64,000 bases of DNA from Gemmatimonadota bacterium (GCA_038153405.1 JAYOYH010000002.1:1-64000), one strand, 5' to 3'. Positions 20,798-31,432 are shown, counted from the stretch's first letter. Translations and numbers: made by a program. Notes: generated by a model not told the origin, from the sequence alone.

Positions 20798-20875
20798 AGA
20801 TATGTTGTACCTATTAGCGCTGAACCTGAGAGATGGGCATCTGCATTTACCATCGAGTATGGAGTTTTCTCTTCG

Positions 20876-22408
20876 ATGTTCGACTTCCTAACTGGGCGAA
20901 AAAAACAGGCTTCATCCTTTAGTCCTCAGCAAGAAGTTAGCAAACTTGCTGAGTTAAGCCCGCCGTCTGCGCTTGTTGCAATGACTAACGACAAAGACGA
21001 CGATTCGCAAGAAGAGTTGGGCAAAGCCTTTTTTCTGCGCCGCGAGAAGAAGCTCTATACCGAAGGCAGCCACCTGTATCTTACCACGCCGGACAATCTA
21101 AAAATAGCGAAGGACCAAAACTTAACGGCTCAGTACGTTTCGCTGCAGTTTATGAACAAGCGGATTCCCTATAGCTTAGACTGCAAGATTATCGGGCGCT
21201 TTCGCCTGCTGCCCGAGATCGTTGAAACCCTGGATTTCAATGCCAAATCTGCCTACAAACTGATCCCGACTAGCACGCTAAAAAAACAGGACAAGCGGCA
21301 GTTCTTTCGCTACACACAAAAAAATTACGGCGATTCGCGCGTACCGCTTACGACGCATATCGGCTTTGACCTCTACGTGCGAAAGACAGATCAGACCTTC
21401 CCCGAAGAAGGGGCTCCGCCCGTAATGCTCAAGGATGTTACGCCGATCGATTTCTCTTCTTCTGAAGAGACGAACCAACCGTTCCTGACGCGAGATGCCA
21501 TCAATGATTTTCGCGCCATAATGCTCAAAAAGCAGGCACACGAGCGCTTGGTGTTCGCGAGTAAAGTAGCAAGGGACGAAACGACTAGTCTCGTTAAGCG
21601 CAAAGATGAAGAGTTGCTGCTGGGCCAACTCAACCTACTAGGCCTTGAGATGGAGTCACTGCGCGATGTGCTCTACCTGAAAAAATCGGCCAAAGCTGCG
21701 CTCAAGAAGGGAAAAGAAAATCCCTTCAGCATGAAACCGGGCGAAAAAGTGATTACGAACTTCATCCACAATCGCGAGTACTACCAGATGCTCGTCGAGG
21801 TGATGGATGCTCGCACCCAGAATGAAACGGTCAGGCCGATTGAATTACCCCGCCCTGAATTCGGCCTCAAACTCGATCTGATCGACTACAGCGTCGGCGG
21901 AGCGCTCATCGAAAGCAGTCCAGATTTCCTCAAGTTTATTCTCGGAGATAAGTGCCCGGACGGCGTAAAGACCGAGACCGATTTTACGGATGATCAGTGG
22001 AAGCAGGCCTTTAGCGACCTGCAGAACTTTATGATACACCTCACCTTCTATCCCAAGCTACACTTCCCCGATGCCGTGCAGCGCTTCAAGCCCGAGCTGC
22101 CATTCAAGATCAGCATTCTCGCTCAGATCGTGCGCACGCATATTACTCAGGCCGGAGACCGCCGCGTCTTGCAGCACGGCATGCAGTTCTGCTATGAGGC
22201 GCAGGGAATTCCGCTAGCTAAAGACGATCCGGTAGACTGGCGTTACAGCCGCTATATTCGCGACAACGAGCACTTCAAAACTGTCCACAGCCATCTGGGC
22301 CAGCTATACGGTTATTTGGAAAACCAGAGCATGTCCAGTGGAGGGGGCGGCGGTAAGCGCAGACGCCGCAAGCCTACAGAGCCGGAAGGTGAACCGGAAA
22401 AGAAATAG
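20876..22408 (+). CDS. Hypothetical protein with split PilZ-like motifs
   Basis: 510 aa ORF with SD (GGAG); RQFFR (RxxxR), IDYSVGGA (DxSxxG), AQIVR...HGMQF. Confidence 0.75.
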   Translation: MFDFLTGRKKQASSFSPQQEVSKLAELSPPSALVAMTNDKDDDSQEELGKAFFLRREKKLYTEGSHLYLTTPDNLKIAKDQNLTAQYVSLQFMNKRIPYSLDCKIIGRFRLLPEIVETLDFNAKSAYKLIPTSTLKKQDKRQFFRYTQKNYGDSRVPLTTHIGFDLYVRKTDQTFPEEGAPPVMLKDVTPIDFSSSEETNQPFLTRDAINDFRAIMLKKQAHERLVFASKVARDETTSLVKRKDEELLLGQLNLLGLEMESLRDVLYLKKSAKAALKKGKENPFSMKPGEKVITNFIHNREYYQMLVEVMDARTQNETVRPIELPRPEFGLKLDLIDYSVGGALIESSPDFLKFILGDKCPDGVKTETDFTDDQWKQAFSDLQNFMIHLTFYPKLHFPDAVQRFKPELPFKISILAQIVRTHITQAGDRRVLQHGMQFCYEAQGIPLAKDDPVDWRYSRYIRDNEHFKTVHSHLGQLYGYLENQSMSSGGGGGKRRRRKPTEPEGEPEKK

Positions 22409-22450
22409 GAGCGCTCGGACAATAGAATCGGGCGCTCCCTTTTTATATTT
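22408..22450 (+). terminator. Intrinsic terminator between the convergent hypothetical genes
   Basis: GGAGCGCTCGG...TCGGGCGCTCC stem followed by CTTTTTATATTT. Confidence 0.7.
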
Positions 22451-22500
22451 ATGAGCCGTTTTCTGCGCACAGAGCACCTCCCCCTGCCTACGGTGCGATC

Positions 22501-23910
22501 TTAGCCCTCGTCTTCCTTTCTCTTTTTTGCCGTCACCCGATCTTGGAATGCTGAGCGAATTTTTTCGTCGGTGAACTTGTGTTTCTGTGCGGCAATGCGG
22601 TTCTGCACGGAAGCAACGAGCTTTTCGCTCTTCAGCTTTTCCTCTTCTGGTTTTTCGTCTTCGCGAAAGCGCTGGCTCAGGGCGATGAGCAGTTTGCTGT
22701 AGGTGTGCTGGTTTTCCGAACCTGGGTGCAAGGTATAAGGCGGCATAAACTGCAGGCCGCGCTCCATGTTGTTGCGCGAACGATCCTCGATCAAATCGCG
22801 CGGAAAAACGCGGAACGTCACGCGATACTGCTCTTTGGCATCAGCAACGCGCTCCAATATCAGCGGCAGATATACCTCGTCTTCTTTTCCCACCTTTTTA
22901 TTAAACGTGCGCATCAGCCCTTCTTTAACGTCCTCGGTCATTCTGAAATAGAGCAAGAAACCAACGATCGTATTGATTTCGCGGAGATAGTCGTTGGGCT
23001 TGGACACCATCACCTGCAGCACTTTATCGTTCTCAATATCAGCTAATAGCGCTTCCTTAATTAGCAGGCTCACATCGCCCAGATTGCCGAATTCATCAAG
23101 GGTCACGTCTTCAATGTGCTTGACCCCTTTCTCGCCAATATACTTGTCTAGTGGATCGCGAATGCTCTTGAAGAAGGGACCCTGCGTGCTGCGCTGTGCC
23201 CAGCCTCCGCCGCCGGGAATGCAGTATAGTTGCGCATTGCTCAGATAGCGCTCCAATACATCCCGCCGCGTGCTACCCGGTCCGTTGGGCATGGACGTCA
23301 CGCTATCGACGCGGACCTCAATTATGTCTTCGCCGCGAACGAAAACGTCTTTGGGCAGCTTCTCCTGTGCTTCTTCGCGCGGTCCAACCCACGGTTTCTC
23401 CGGGTTGTCTGGACTCTCTGCTACGTAAAAGCTCTTGCGCAAAAAATACGCCTTGCCGACGAAGTAGATGGGTCTGGTCGCCCCTTCTACTTCGACCGTG
23501 TAGCTCAGCTGCAGCGGCTCGCCGGGTTTGAGCAAGCGATCGGTCGGTTCGAAGCTGCCGCCGGCCACGCCCTTGGGTGAGGCGATGAAAAATACGGCCT
23601 TGGGCTGGGTCTTAAATTTGCGAAAAGCAAAGTTGCATATCTTCCCGCGGCCCCGACCGTGCTCGACGGACTCCGTTAGCATGCGCGGCCGTATCAGGTC
23701 GCTGAAAACCTCGACGCCGCGAAAGGCAGTAAAGAGCGGCTGCATCTGCCCCGGCTTGATAAATACCTCAACGGTAGAAAAGGGCTCCTTTTCGGTTCCG
23801 CTATCGGCAGCGGCCAATTTATCAGCCTCACTCCTTGCCTTTTCGAGCTTTGCCTTCTTCAACTCGGCACGTCGAGCAGCCGACAGCGGCTTTTTCTTTT
23901 TCTCTTCCAT
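22501..23910 (-). CDS. Hypothetical protein (about 470 aa, Lys/Glu-rich termini)
   Basis: Long ORF filling the space between rlmD and the terminator; has its own upstream promoter. ATG 23910 preferred over TTG 23952. Confidence 0.75.
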   Translation of the reverse strand: MEEKKKKPLSAARRAELKKAKLEKARSEADKLAAADSGTEKEPFSTVEVFIKPGQMQPLFTAFRGVEVFSDLIRPRMLTESVEHGRGRGKICNFAFRKFKTQPKAVFFIASPKGVAGGSFEPTDRLLKPGEPLQLSYTVEVEGATRPIYFVGKAYFLRKSFYVAESPDNPEKPWVGPREEAQEKLPKDVFVRGEDIIEVRVDSVTSMPNGPGSTRRDVLERYLSNAQLYCIPGGGGWAQRSTQGPFFKSIRDPLDKYIGEKGVKHIEDVTLDEFGNLGDVSLLIKEALLADIENDKVLQVMVSKPNDYLREINTIVGFLLYFRMTEDVKEGLMRTFNKKVGKEDEVYLPLILERVADAKEQYRVTFRVFPRDLIEDRSRNNMERGLQFMPPYTLHPGSENQHTYSKLLIALSQRFREDEKPEEEKLKSEKLVASVQNRIAAQKHKFTDEKIRSAFQDRVTAKKRKEDEG

Positions 23911-23960
23911 GTGCGTATATAGACGGTTTATAATTGAGTTATCACCAACCAATTTTTGCT

Positions 23961-23989
23961 ACGATACCGAATGTGTGCTATTTAGTCAA
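23961..23989 (-). promoter_or_regulatory. sigma70-type promoter overlapping the end of rlmD
   Basis: TTGACT-17nt-TATCGT. Confidence 0.5.
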
Positions 23990-25343
23990 GTTTGACCAAT
24001 TCGCACACGACTTCGCAGTGGGGCGTTTGCGGAAACATATCGATCGGCTGAATGCGCTCTATCGCATAGCCGTATTCACTCAACACCAGCAGATTTTCGG
24101 CCAGCGTCTGCGAATTGCACGATACGTATATGATGCGCGCAGACTGCATGCGTCCCAAGGCGTCTAATACCTTCTTGTGCAGCCCAGGGCGCGGGGGATC
24201 AACGACGACTAGGTCAAAAGTCCCCTGCTGCCCCTCGAGCTCTTTGAGCACATCTTCAGCCGCACCTGCAATAAAGGAACAATTCTGCACGCCATTGCGC
24301 TCGGCGTTGACGCGCGCATCGGCCACCGCCTCTTCTACGACCTCGATCCCTATAACTTCCCTTGCCAGCGGCGCCAAGTGTAGACTTATAGACCCCGTGC
24401 CACAGTACAGGTCCAACACGCGCCCCAACTGACGGCCCGCCCATTCGCAAACGAGTGCATAGAGGCGTTCAGCCTGCAGCGAGTTGGTCTGAAAAAAGGA
24501 CTGCGGCGAAATATCAAAGCGAATCCCTCCGCAGGATTCCTCAATAGCACCGCTGCCTGACACCACATACTCGCGTTCGCCCTTGGCGACCTGAGCCTTG
24601 CCGCTGTGCAGCGTTACCACCAAAGAGTCGAGCTCCGACACTTCGCGTATCAAGTGCTGGACCAGCTGATCAACGCCCTCGTCGGGATAGGATGATACGA
24701 CTAGATTGACCAGCGTCTGACCGCTGTTCTTGGCATCGCGAATCACCAAAAACCGCAACAGGCCCTCGTGCGTTTTCAAATTATACGCACAGAGTGCCAT
24801 ATCGTTGGCTGCGCTGCGCACGACGTCGACGATGCGATTGGATAGCTGCGATTGGAGATGGCATTCCTCCACGTCAAATATCCGATTAAATCGACCGCGC
24901 ACGTGCAGCCCCAACTGCACGCGCCCATCCCTATCCGTGCCAAAGGAAAATTCCATTTTGTTGCGATAGAAAAACGGCGCGTCCACTGCGATGGCTGGGA
25001 GCACCTCTAGGCTGGCTATACCTTGATCAGCCAGCGCATTGCGGACCATCTGCTCCTTTAAGCCCAGTTGGTCCACATAAGACAAGTCCTGCCAGCGGCA
25101 GCCTCCGCAGAGGCCAAAGTGCGCACAAACGGGCTCTATCCTCGCCAAGTTGCAGTCCACAATGCGCACTACTTCTGCATGGATTTTGCCACGGCGCTTC
25201 TTCTCAATGCGGGCTTCAACTCGGTCGCCAGGCACGGCGCGGCGAACAACCACTTCTCGCTCTTCGACGAAGCCGCGCCCGTCCCCTTTGGCGTCGATTG
25301 CGCTTATATCCACCGTTATGACATCACCGCGCTTCATCGCCAT
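23982..25343 (-). CDS. rlmD: 23S rRNA m5U1939 methyltransferase
   Basis: TRAM domain, CAHFGLCGGC Fe-S motif, SFFQTN, DLYCGTG, DPPRPG, YVSCN, DMFPQTPHCE. Confidence 0.95.
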   Translation of the reverse strand: MAMKRGDVITVDISAIDAKGDGRGFVEEREVVVRRAVPGDRVEARIEKKRRGKIHAEVVRIVDCNLARIEPVCAHFGLCGGCRWQDLSYVDQLGLKEQMVRNALADQGIASLEVLPAIAVDAPFFYRNKMEFSFGTDRDGRVQLGLHVRGRFNRIFDVEECHLQSQLSNRIVDVVRSAANDMALCAYNLKTHEGLLRFLVIRDAKNSGQTLVNLVVSSYPDEGVDQLVQHLIREVSELDSLVVTLHSGKAQVAKGEREYVVSGSGAIEESCGGIRFDISPQSFFQTNSLQAERLYALVCEWAGRQLGRVLDLYCGTGSISLHLAPLAREVIGIEVVEEAVADARVNAERNGVQNCSFIAGAAEDVLKELEGQQGTFDLVVVDPPRPGLHKKVLDALGRMQSARIIYVSCNSQTLAENLLVLSEYGYAIERIQPIDMFPQTPHCEVVCELVKLD

Positions 25344-25358
25344 GTTCCATATTGATGT

Positions 25359-25400
25359 AAAAAAACAAACGGGACGAGAATCAAATCTCGCCCCGTTTGT
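25359..25400 (-). terminator. Intrinsic terminator of the alpha operon (after rplQ)
   Basis: ACAAACGGGGCGAGA / TCTCGTCCCGTTTGT stem plus T-run. Confidence 0.85.
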
Positions 25401-25424
25401 CTATACGCATTCCTATAATGCGAC

Positions 25425-25844
25425 TTATTCTTCGGCCGCACTCTCTGTCGCGCCGCTGTCTGACGCGCTGTCAGCCACCCCTACACCTGGGCGGTCGACG
25501 AGTTCTATAATACTCATATAGGTCCCATCGCCGCGCCGTGGACCCAGCTTAACAATGCGGGTATAGCCGCCATTGCGTCCCTTGTAGCGCGGACCTAACT
25601 CGTCAAAGAGCTTGGCGACGACTTGCTTGTCGGCGACAAAGCGCAGCACTTGACGGCGCGCGTGCAGATCGCCGCGCTTGGCGAACGTAATCATATGCTC
25701 CGCCGAGCGACGCAGTTCCTTAGCGCGCGTAAGAGTCGTCGTAATGCGCTCTACCGACAGCAGCGAGGTGACCATATTCGCCATCATCGCTTTGCGATGC
25801 GCGTTCCGACGACCCAGCTTTGCTACTTTCTTTCCGTGTCTCAT
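25425..25844 (-). CDS. rplQ: 50S ribosomal protein L17
   Basis: [12 protein letters not shown]...[17 protein letters not shown]. Confidence 0.98.
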   Translation of the reverse strand: MRHGKKVAKLGRRNAHRKAMMANMVTSLLSVERITTTLTRAKELRRSAEHMITFAKRGDLHARRQVLRFVADKQVVAKLFDELGPRYKGRNGGYTRIVKLGPRRGDGTYMSIIELVDRPGVGVADSASDSGATESAAEE

Positions 25845-25865
25845 CTTTTTTCTTTCAATCTACGC

Positions 25866-26882
25866 TTAGAATTCCTCTGCGAGCGGATTGACCGCCTCTT
25901 CGTCAACTTCCACGTTTTCGTAGGGCGCCAAGTCCATTCCCCAGTTGAGTCTGAGCGTGTCCAAGATTTCTCCCAGCTCGTTGAGCGACTTGCGGCCAAA
26001 ATTGCGATACTTGAGCATTTCGGCTTCGCTGCGTCCCACCAATTCGCGCAAATGCGTGATGCCGGCAGCACGCAAACAGTTGGCCGAGCGGACGGACAGC
26101 TCCAATTCTTCGACGGGCATCGCTAGCAGACGCGCAACGCGCTTGGTCTCCTCATCAACCTCTTTTTCTTCGGTCTCTTCGGCCTCCTCTTCAAAGTTGA
26201 TAAAGAGGCTCAAATGCTCCATGAGGATCTTCGCAGCCTGCGCCAGCGCATCCTCTGGATTGACCGATCCATCGGTCCACACTTCCAGCGTTAGGCGATC
26301 GTAGTCAGTTCGACGACCAACGCGGGCGTTCTCGGTATCGTATTTGACCTGAGTAACCGGTGAAAAGGAGCTGTCGATGGGCACCGAACCGATGGGCTGA
26401 TCGGGCAGCTTATTGTCTTCGGCAAAACGATAGCCGCGGCCCTGTCCGACAGTCAGCTCCATCGTCAGCGTAGCGCCTTGGTCCAAGGTGGCAATGTGCA
26501 GGTCTGGATTCATAATCTGCACGTTGGGATCGACGGCCAGATCGCCAGCTTGCAGCACGCCGGCACCGGTCTTCTCAATCCGCAACACCTTATCTTCATC
26601 GCCGGTGTAGCGCAGAGCCACTTCTTTGAGATTCAGTATGACTTCGGGGACGTCCTCGCGGACGCCTTCTACAACGGAGAATTCGTGCTGAACCCCCTGG
26701 ATATTGACTTGCTTTATCGCAGCACCCTGGATGGACGAAAGGAGGATCCGCCGCAAAGAATGACCTAATGTAACGCCAAACCCACGCTCGAGCGGCTGTA
26801 CGACAAACTTGCCGTAGTTTCCGTTCAAGCTTTCCTTTTCGATTTCCACCAGCCTCGGCATCTGGAGACCTTCTAACTTCAT
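25866..26882 (-). CDS. rpoA: RNA polymerase alpha subunit
   Basis: PLERGFGVTLGHSLRRILLSSI, LELSVRSANCL, NFGRKSL. Confidence 0.98.
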   Translation of the reverse strand: MKLEGLQMPRLVEIEKESLNGNYGKFVVQPLERGFGVTLGHSLRRILLSSIQGAAIKQVNIQGVQHEFSVVEGVREDVPEVILNLKEVALRYTGDEDKVLRIEKTGAGVLQAGDLAVDPNVQIMNPDLHIATLDQGATLTMELTVGQGRGYRFAEDNKLPDQPIGSVPIDSSFSPVTQVKYDTENARVGRRTDYDRLTLEVWTDGSVNPEDALAQAAKILMEHLSLFINFEEEAEETEEKEVDEETKRVARLLAMPVEELELSVRSANCLRAAGITHLRELVGRSEAEMLKYRNFGRKSLNELGEILDTLRLNWGMDLAPYENVEVDEEAVNPLAEEF

Positions 26883-26934
26883 ATAGCCCCTTGCTCCCTG
26901 GAATGAGGAGAGATTTTCTACGATTCTCGACGTT

Positions 26935-27561
26935 CTAAACGCGAGAATAGAACTCGATGACTAGTTGTTCTTCCGCAATCGTCGGAATATCTTCGCGACT
27001 GGGGGTTTCGACGACTGAGCCCTGAAGATTGACCTTGTCAACAGATAGCCAGGGCACGGTCTCTCTGGAGCGACGCAGCGACTCGTGGATCGCCTCCAAC
27101 TGGCGACTCGATTCAGCCACCGTGATCGCGTCGCCAACCCTCGTCAGATAGGAAGGGATGTTGACGCGGGAGCCGTTTACAAAAATGTGGTTGTGGCGCA
27201 CAAACTGCCGAGCCGCTTTGCGCGACGCGGCAAAGCCAAGACGGTAAACTACGTTGTCCAGGCGGCTCTCCAACAGGCGCAGCAGGTTTTCGCCGCTAAC
27301 GCCAGGCACGCGCGTTGACTCCTTATAATAGCCGCGAAACTGTCCCTCGCGCACGCCATAGAGGCGAGATAACTTTTGCTTTGCGCGCAGCTGGACGCTG
27401 TAGTCAGACTGCTTGCGACGCAAGCCCTGACCGTGCTGACCGGGCGCATAGCTGCGGCGCTCAAAGGAGCACTTCTCCAGATTGCATCGCTCGCCCTTCA
27501 AAAAGAGCTTCGCACCTTCGCGCCGACAGTAGCGGCAGTTGGGTCCCGTATATCTACTCAT
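26935..27561 (-). CDS. rpsD: 30S ribosomal protein S4 (Zn-binding type)
   Basis: MSRYTGPNCRYCRREG...LESRLDNVVYRLGFA. Start placed at ATG 27561. Confidence 0.97.
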   Translation of the reverse strand: MSRYTGPNCRYCRREGAKLFLKGERCNLEKCSFERRSYAPGQHGQGLRRKQSDYSVQLRAKQKLSRLYGVREGQFRGYYKESTRVPGVSGENLLRLLESRLDNVVYRLGFAASRKAARQFVRHNHIFVNGSRVNIPSYLTRVGDAITVAESSRQLEAIHESLRRSRETVPWLSVDKVNLQGSVVETPSREDIPTIAEEQLVIEFYSRV

Positions 27562-27575
27562 GCCAATATTCTCCT

Positions 27576-27965
27576 CTAAACCCTGCGGCGCTTGGGCGGA
27601 CGACAGCCGTTGTGGGGAATGGGCGTAACATCGCGGATGGCGGAAATCTCCAACCCCGCATTCTGCAGCGCTCGAATGGCGGATTCGCGGCCGACTCCGG
27701 GGCCTTTGACCCATACCTCGACGCGGCGCAGCCCCATGCTCATCGCCTCCTGTGCTGCTTTTTCGGCGGCGATCTGACCGGCAAACGGGGTCGACTTGCG
27801 ACTCCCCTTGATGCTCATCTTGCCAGGTGTAGCCCACGATATCACATTGCCCTCAGTATCGGTTAACGTGATAATCGTGTTATTAAAGGTAGCGAGAATA
27901 TGGGCGACGCCCACGGACTCTACCTGCTTTGACTTCTTGCGTCTTCTGCGTCTTTCGGGTGGCAA
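27576..27965 (-). CDS. rpsK: 30S ribosomal protein S11
   Basis: [42 protein letters not shown] start at 27965 with GAGG SD. Confidence 0.97.
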   Translation of the reverse strand: MPPERRRRRKKSKQVESVGVAHILATFNNTIITLTDTEGNVISWATPGKMSIKGSRKSTPFAGQIAAEKAAQEAMSMGLRRVEVWVKGPGVGRESAIRALQNAGLEISAIRDVTPIPHNGCRPPKRRRV

Positions 27966-27993
27966 ATGCGTTATCCTCGTTCTTGGCTGTAAT

Positions 27994-28371
27994 TTATCTC
28001 GGAGCTTTTTTCTTGCCCGCAATGGCACGACGAGGCCCCTTGCGAGTACGCGCATTGGTCTTGGTGCGCTGGCCGTTGGCCGGAAGACCGCGGCGATGCC
28101 GAAGGCCTTTGTAGCTGCCAATGTCCATCAGGCGCTTGACGTTCATAGTAATTTCGCCGCGCAAGCTACCTTCGACCTTGTAGTTGGTCTCGATTATCGC
28201 ACGCAGGCTGTTTACCTGATCTTCCGTCAAACTGTTAATCCGCACCTGCGGATCAATACCGGCTTGCTCAATAATGCGTTTGGCTACGGTCTGACCAATC
28301 CCAAAAATGTAGGTGAGTCCGATACCTACCCGCTTGTCGCGGGGCAAATCAACGCCTGCAATACGTGCCAA
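27994..28371 (-). CDS. rpsM: 30S ribosomal protein S13
   Basis: [10 protein letters not shown]...[13 protein letters not shown]. Confidence 0.98.
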   Translation of the reverse strand: MARIAGVDLPRDKRVGIGLTYIFGIGQTVAKRIIEQAGIDPQVRINSLTEDQVNSLRAIIETNYKVEGSLRGEITMNVKRLMDIGSYKGLRHRRGLPANGQRTKTNARTRKGPRRAIAGKKKAPR

Positions 28372-28383
28372 TGGCTGGCCTCC

Positions 28384-28500
28384 TCATCCTTGTCTCTGTT
28401 TGTGACGCGGATTGCGCTTGCAAATCACGCGCACAACCCCGTGTCGGCGAATGATCTTACACTCAGGGCAGCGCTTGCTAACAGATGCTTTGACTTTCAC
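28384..28500 (-). CDS. rpmJ: 50S ribosomal protein L36 (not in ORF track)
   Basis: Manual translation from [41 protein letters not shown]. Confidence 0.97.
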   Translation of the reverse strand: MKVKASVSKRCPECKIIRRHGVVRVICKRNPRHKQRQG

Positions 28501-28525
28501 GATATTACTCCAACAAAAAGCGGGA

Positions 28526-29863
28526 TTATCCCCGACGTCCTTGTATGCGTCCCCGCTTCATAAACCCCTCGTAGTGGCGGGTCATCAGCTGGGACTCAAT
28601 TTGCTGCAGCGTATCCAAGGCTACGCCAACTATGATCAACAGACCGGTGCCGCCAAAAAACTGGGCAAATGAGGGGTGGACCTTAAACTGCTGTATGACA
28701 AAGAAGGGGAATATGGCAACGGCCGCTAGGGCGATCGATCCCGGCAGCGTTATCCTCGTCATGATGCCATCGATGTACTGCGCCGTGCGCGGCCCCGGTC
28801 GAATGCCGGGAATAAAGCCGCCATGCTTCTTCATATTATCGGCCAACTGATTCGGGTCCATGACGATGGCAGTATAAAAGTAGGTAAAGAAGATGATCAT
28901 AAGACCGTATATCGTCCAGTAGACCACCGACTCCGTCGAGAATAGCCCGCCGATACTCTGCAAAAATTCGCTGTCGGGAAAGAGCTGCGTTATGGTCCCG
29001 GGTAAGAACATGATGGACTGCGCAAATATAATCGGTATTACCCCTGCCGTATTGATCCGCAGCGGAATATGCGTCGTTTGCCCACCGTAGACCCTGCGCC
29101 CAACGACGCGCTTGGCGTATTGAACGGGAATTTTGCGCAGTCCCTGCGTCAGCAAAATTACAAAGGCCACGACCAGAAACATCATCCCGACCAGGACAAT
29201 TTCCTGAATAATATTCTTGCCCAGGCCGATGTTGTTCAGGTAGTGCTGATACTCGTAGCGAATGGCATTGGGCAGTTCGGCTATAATGCCGATGAAAATT
29301 ATGAGCGAGATGCCGTTGCCGATACCGCGCTCGGTGATCTGCTCGCCCAGCCACATGATGAAGACCGTCCCCGTCGTGATCGTTATGATGGTCTCTATCG
29401 TAAAGCCAATGCCAGGATCGGGAACCGCGGACAGACCGGACGCCGGGCCGCGTATTGTTTCGAGAAAGTAGCTGACGCCGTAGGCCTGTGCTGCAGCCAA
29501 AAATACAGTGCCATAGCGCGTGTACTGGGTAATTTTCTTGCGCCCCTCTTCCCCTTCGCGCTGCAGCTTTTGGAAGTAGGGAATGACGGCGCCCAACAGC
29601 TGCAATATAATAGAGGCGCTGATATACGGCATTATACCGAGGGCAAAAATGGTCGCGCGCGTAAAGGCCCCTCCGACAAACATATCGTACAGGCCGAAAA
29701 GCGTATTACCCGAGTTGCTGAAAAACTCTTGGACGACCTTAACCTCGACGCCGGGAACGGTAATCTGTCCACCGATGCGATACACGACCAACAGTCCTAT
29801 AGTGAATAGGATGCGCTGTCTCAGCTCAGGTATTTTGAAGCAGTTTTGAAAACTCTGCAGCAT
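28526..29863 (-). CDS. secY: Preprotein translocase SecY
   Basis: [58 protein letters not shown]. Confidence 0.98.
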   Translation of the reverse strand: MLQSFQNCFKIPELRQRILFTIGLLVVYRIGGQITVPGVEVKVVQEFFSNSGNTLFGLYDMFVGGAFTRATIFALGIMPYISASIILQLLGAVIPYFQKLQREGEEGRKKITQYTRYGTVFLAAAQAYGVSYFLETIRGPASGLSAVPDPGIGFTIETIITITTGTVFIMWLGEQITERGIGNGISLIIFIGIIAELPNAIRYEYQHYLNNIGLGKNIIQEIVLVGMMFLVVAFVILLTQGLRKIPVQYAKRVVGRRVYGGQTTHIPLRINTAGVIPIIFAQSIMFLPGTITQLFPDSEFLQSIGGLFSTESVVYWTIYGLMIIFFTYFYTAIVMDPNQLADNMKKHGGFIPGIRPGPRTAQYIDGIMTRITLPGSIALAAVAIFPFFVIQQFKVHPSFAQFFGGTGLLIIVGVALDTLQQIESQLMTRHYEGFMKRGRIQGRRG

Positions 29864-29870
29864 TATATCC

Positions 29871-30320
29871 TCAGATTACCTCGGCCTGACCGCCGGCTTT
29901 TTCTATTTTCTCGCGAGCGCTGGCAGAGAACTGGTCTGCCTTAATCGTTAGGCCACGGCTCAGTTCGCCGTCACCCAAAATCTTAATCGGCTGTTTGGCG
30001 CTGCGCACCAAACCCGCAGCAAGCAATTCTTCGGTCCCTACTGTACCCTCCAAACCACGGGCTTCGATATCGGCCAAGTTCACCGTCTGGTACACCACCC
30101 TGAAGTTTTGGTTGGAAAATCCAATCTTGGGCATGTGGCGATAATAGGCCAACGTGCCGCCGATAAAGCCAATGCGGTTACCGCGCCGGGCGCCGGAGCG
30201 CGCGCGCTGTCCCTTATGTCCCTTACCGGCCGTCTTGCCCGTACCCGAACCCGGTCCCTGCCCCAAACGCTTGCGATTGCGGCGCGAGCCCTTCGGGCAT
30301 TTGATTTCACCTAAACGCAT
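29871..30320 (-). CDS. rplO: 50S ribosomal protein L15
   Basis: GSGTGKTAGKGHKGQRARSG, KILGDGEL. Confidence 0.97.
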   Translation of the reverse strand: MRLGEIKCPKGSRRNRKRLGQGPGSGTGKTAGKGHKGQRARSGARRGNRIGFIGGTLAYYRHMPKIGFSNQNFRVVYQTVNLADIEARGLEGTVGTEELLAAGLVRSAKQPIKILGDGELSRGLTIKADQFSASAREKIEKAGGQAEVI

Positions 30321-30338
30321 ATTCGCTTCGCCTTCTGC

Positions 30339-30521
30339 TTAAGCGTCCTGTTCGCTCACGTCGACCAGGTGCTTGACTTTTTCGATCATGCCGCGAATTT
30401 GCGGCGTATCTTCGTGAACGACCTGATGGTGTAGGCGCTTGAGGCCCAACGCCTCAATGGTGGCTTTCTGGTTCTTTGCCCGCCCGATAGCACTGGAATG
30501 CTGCTTAATGACTAACTTCAT
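30339..30521 (-). CDS. rpmD: 50S ribosomal protein L30
   Basis: SAIGR..QKATIEALGLKRL...TPQIRGMIEKVKHLV. Confidence 0.96.
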   Translation of the reverse strand: MKLVIKQHSSAIGRAKNQKATIEALGLKRLHHQVVHEDTPQIRGMIEKVKHLVDVSEQDA

Positions 30522-30535
30522 CGAATTATGCTCTC

Positions 30536-31042
30536 CTAACCACGCAAAACTTCCATTGGAACACCGCGCAAGCGCGCTGTCGACTCGGCATCGCGCAGTT
30601 GGCTCAGCGCTGCCAACGTAGCTTTGATGGCGTTGTGCGGGTTGTTGGATCCCAATGACTTGGTGAGAATGTCGTGCACACCGGCCAACTCCAACACAAT
30701 GCGTATACCGCCGCTGGCGATAACGCCGGTTCCCGGAGAAGCCGGCTTGAACAAGATATGTGAGGCGCCAAAACGGCCTTCTATTTCGTGGGGAATCGTT
30801 CCATTTGCCACGGGTACTTCAACCATGTTTTTCTTTGCCGCTTCGGTCCCCTTGCGAATCGCTTCGGAGATCTCACCGGCTTTACCCGAGCCAGCACCGA
30901 CGCGTCCATTGCGATCACCCACGACAACCATGGCATTGAAGCTGAAGCGACGACCACCCTTACGCACGTGCGAAACGCGCTTGATGCTATTCTGAACGAC
31001 GACTTCGCTCAGCTCCATGCTATTGGGATCTACTTTCGCCAC
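30536..31042 (-). CDS. rpsE: 30S ribosomal protein S5
   Basis: [34 protein letters not shown]. Confidence 0.97.
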   Translation of the reverse strand: MAKVDPNSMELSEVVVQNSIKRVSHVRKGGRRFSFNAMVVVGDRNGRVGAGSGKAGEISEAIRKGTEAAKKNMVEVPVANGTIPHEIEGRFGASHILFKPASPGTGVIASGGIRIVLELAGVHDILTKSLGSNNPHNAIKATLAALSQLRDAESTARLRGVPMEVLRG

Positions 31043-31057
31043 AGAAGTAATTCTCCT

Positions 31058-31432
31058 CTAAAAATTCAGCCCGCCCTCGCGAGCGCCGTCGGCAACAGCT
31101 TTGATAATACCGTGATACAAATAGCCCCCGCGATCGAAGACCACTTTGTCGATGCCCTTTTCCTTAGCTTTTTCAGCGACGATCTTGCCCACTTCCACAC
31201 CCTGTTCGACGCGATTTGCGAAAGAGCGCCCGCGCAGTTCTTTGCACTGCGTGGAAAGGCCGAAGAGCGAATGGCCAGCACTATCATCGACTAACTGCAC
31301 CTCGATGTGTCTGAGCGAGCGATGCACGACCAGGCGCGGCCTATCGGACGTGCCCGAGACGATCTTGCGCAACCGAAACCGCCGCCGCTGTATGCGAGCT
31401 CGGTTCTTGTTCAGGTGTTTCTTATCCTTCAT
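31058..31432 (-). CDS. rplR: 50S ribosomal protein L18
   Basis: RPRLVVHRS, VVFDRGGYLYHG, AREGGLNF. Confidence 0.97.
   Translation of the reverse strand: MKDKKHLNKNRARIQRRRFRLRKIVSGTSDRPRLVVHRSLRHIEVQLVDDSAGHSLFGLSTQCKELRGRSFANRVEQGVEVGKIVAEKAKEKGIDKVVFDRGGYLYHGIIKAVADGAREGGLNF

Noticed and set aside
20697..20891. 64-aa ORF between lon and the PilZ-like gene
   Set aside because: It overlaps an AT-rich promoter region and has no SD or recognisable features.
27562..28121. Apparent long N-terminal extensions of S4 and S11 in the ORF track
   Set aside because: They overlap upstream rpsK/rpsM; SD-supported starts at 27561 and 27965 give normal lengths.
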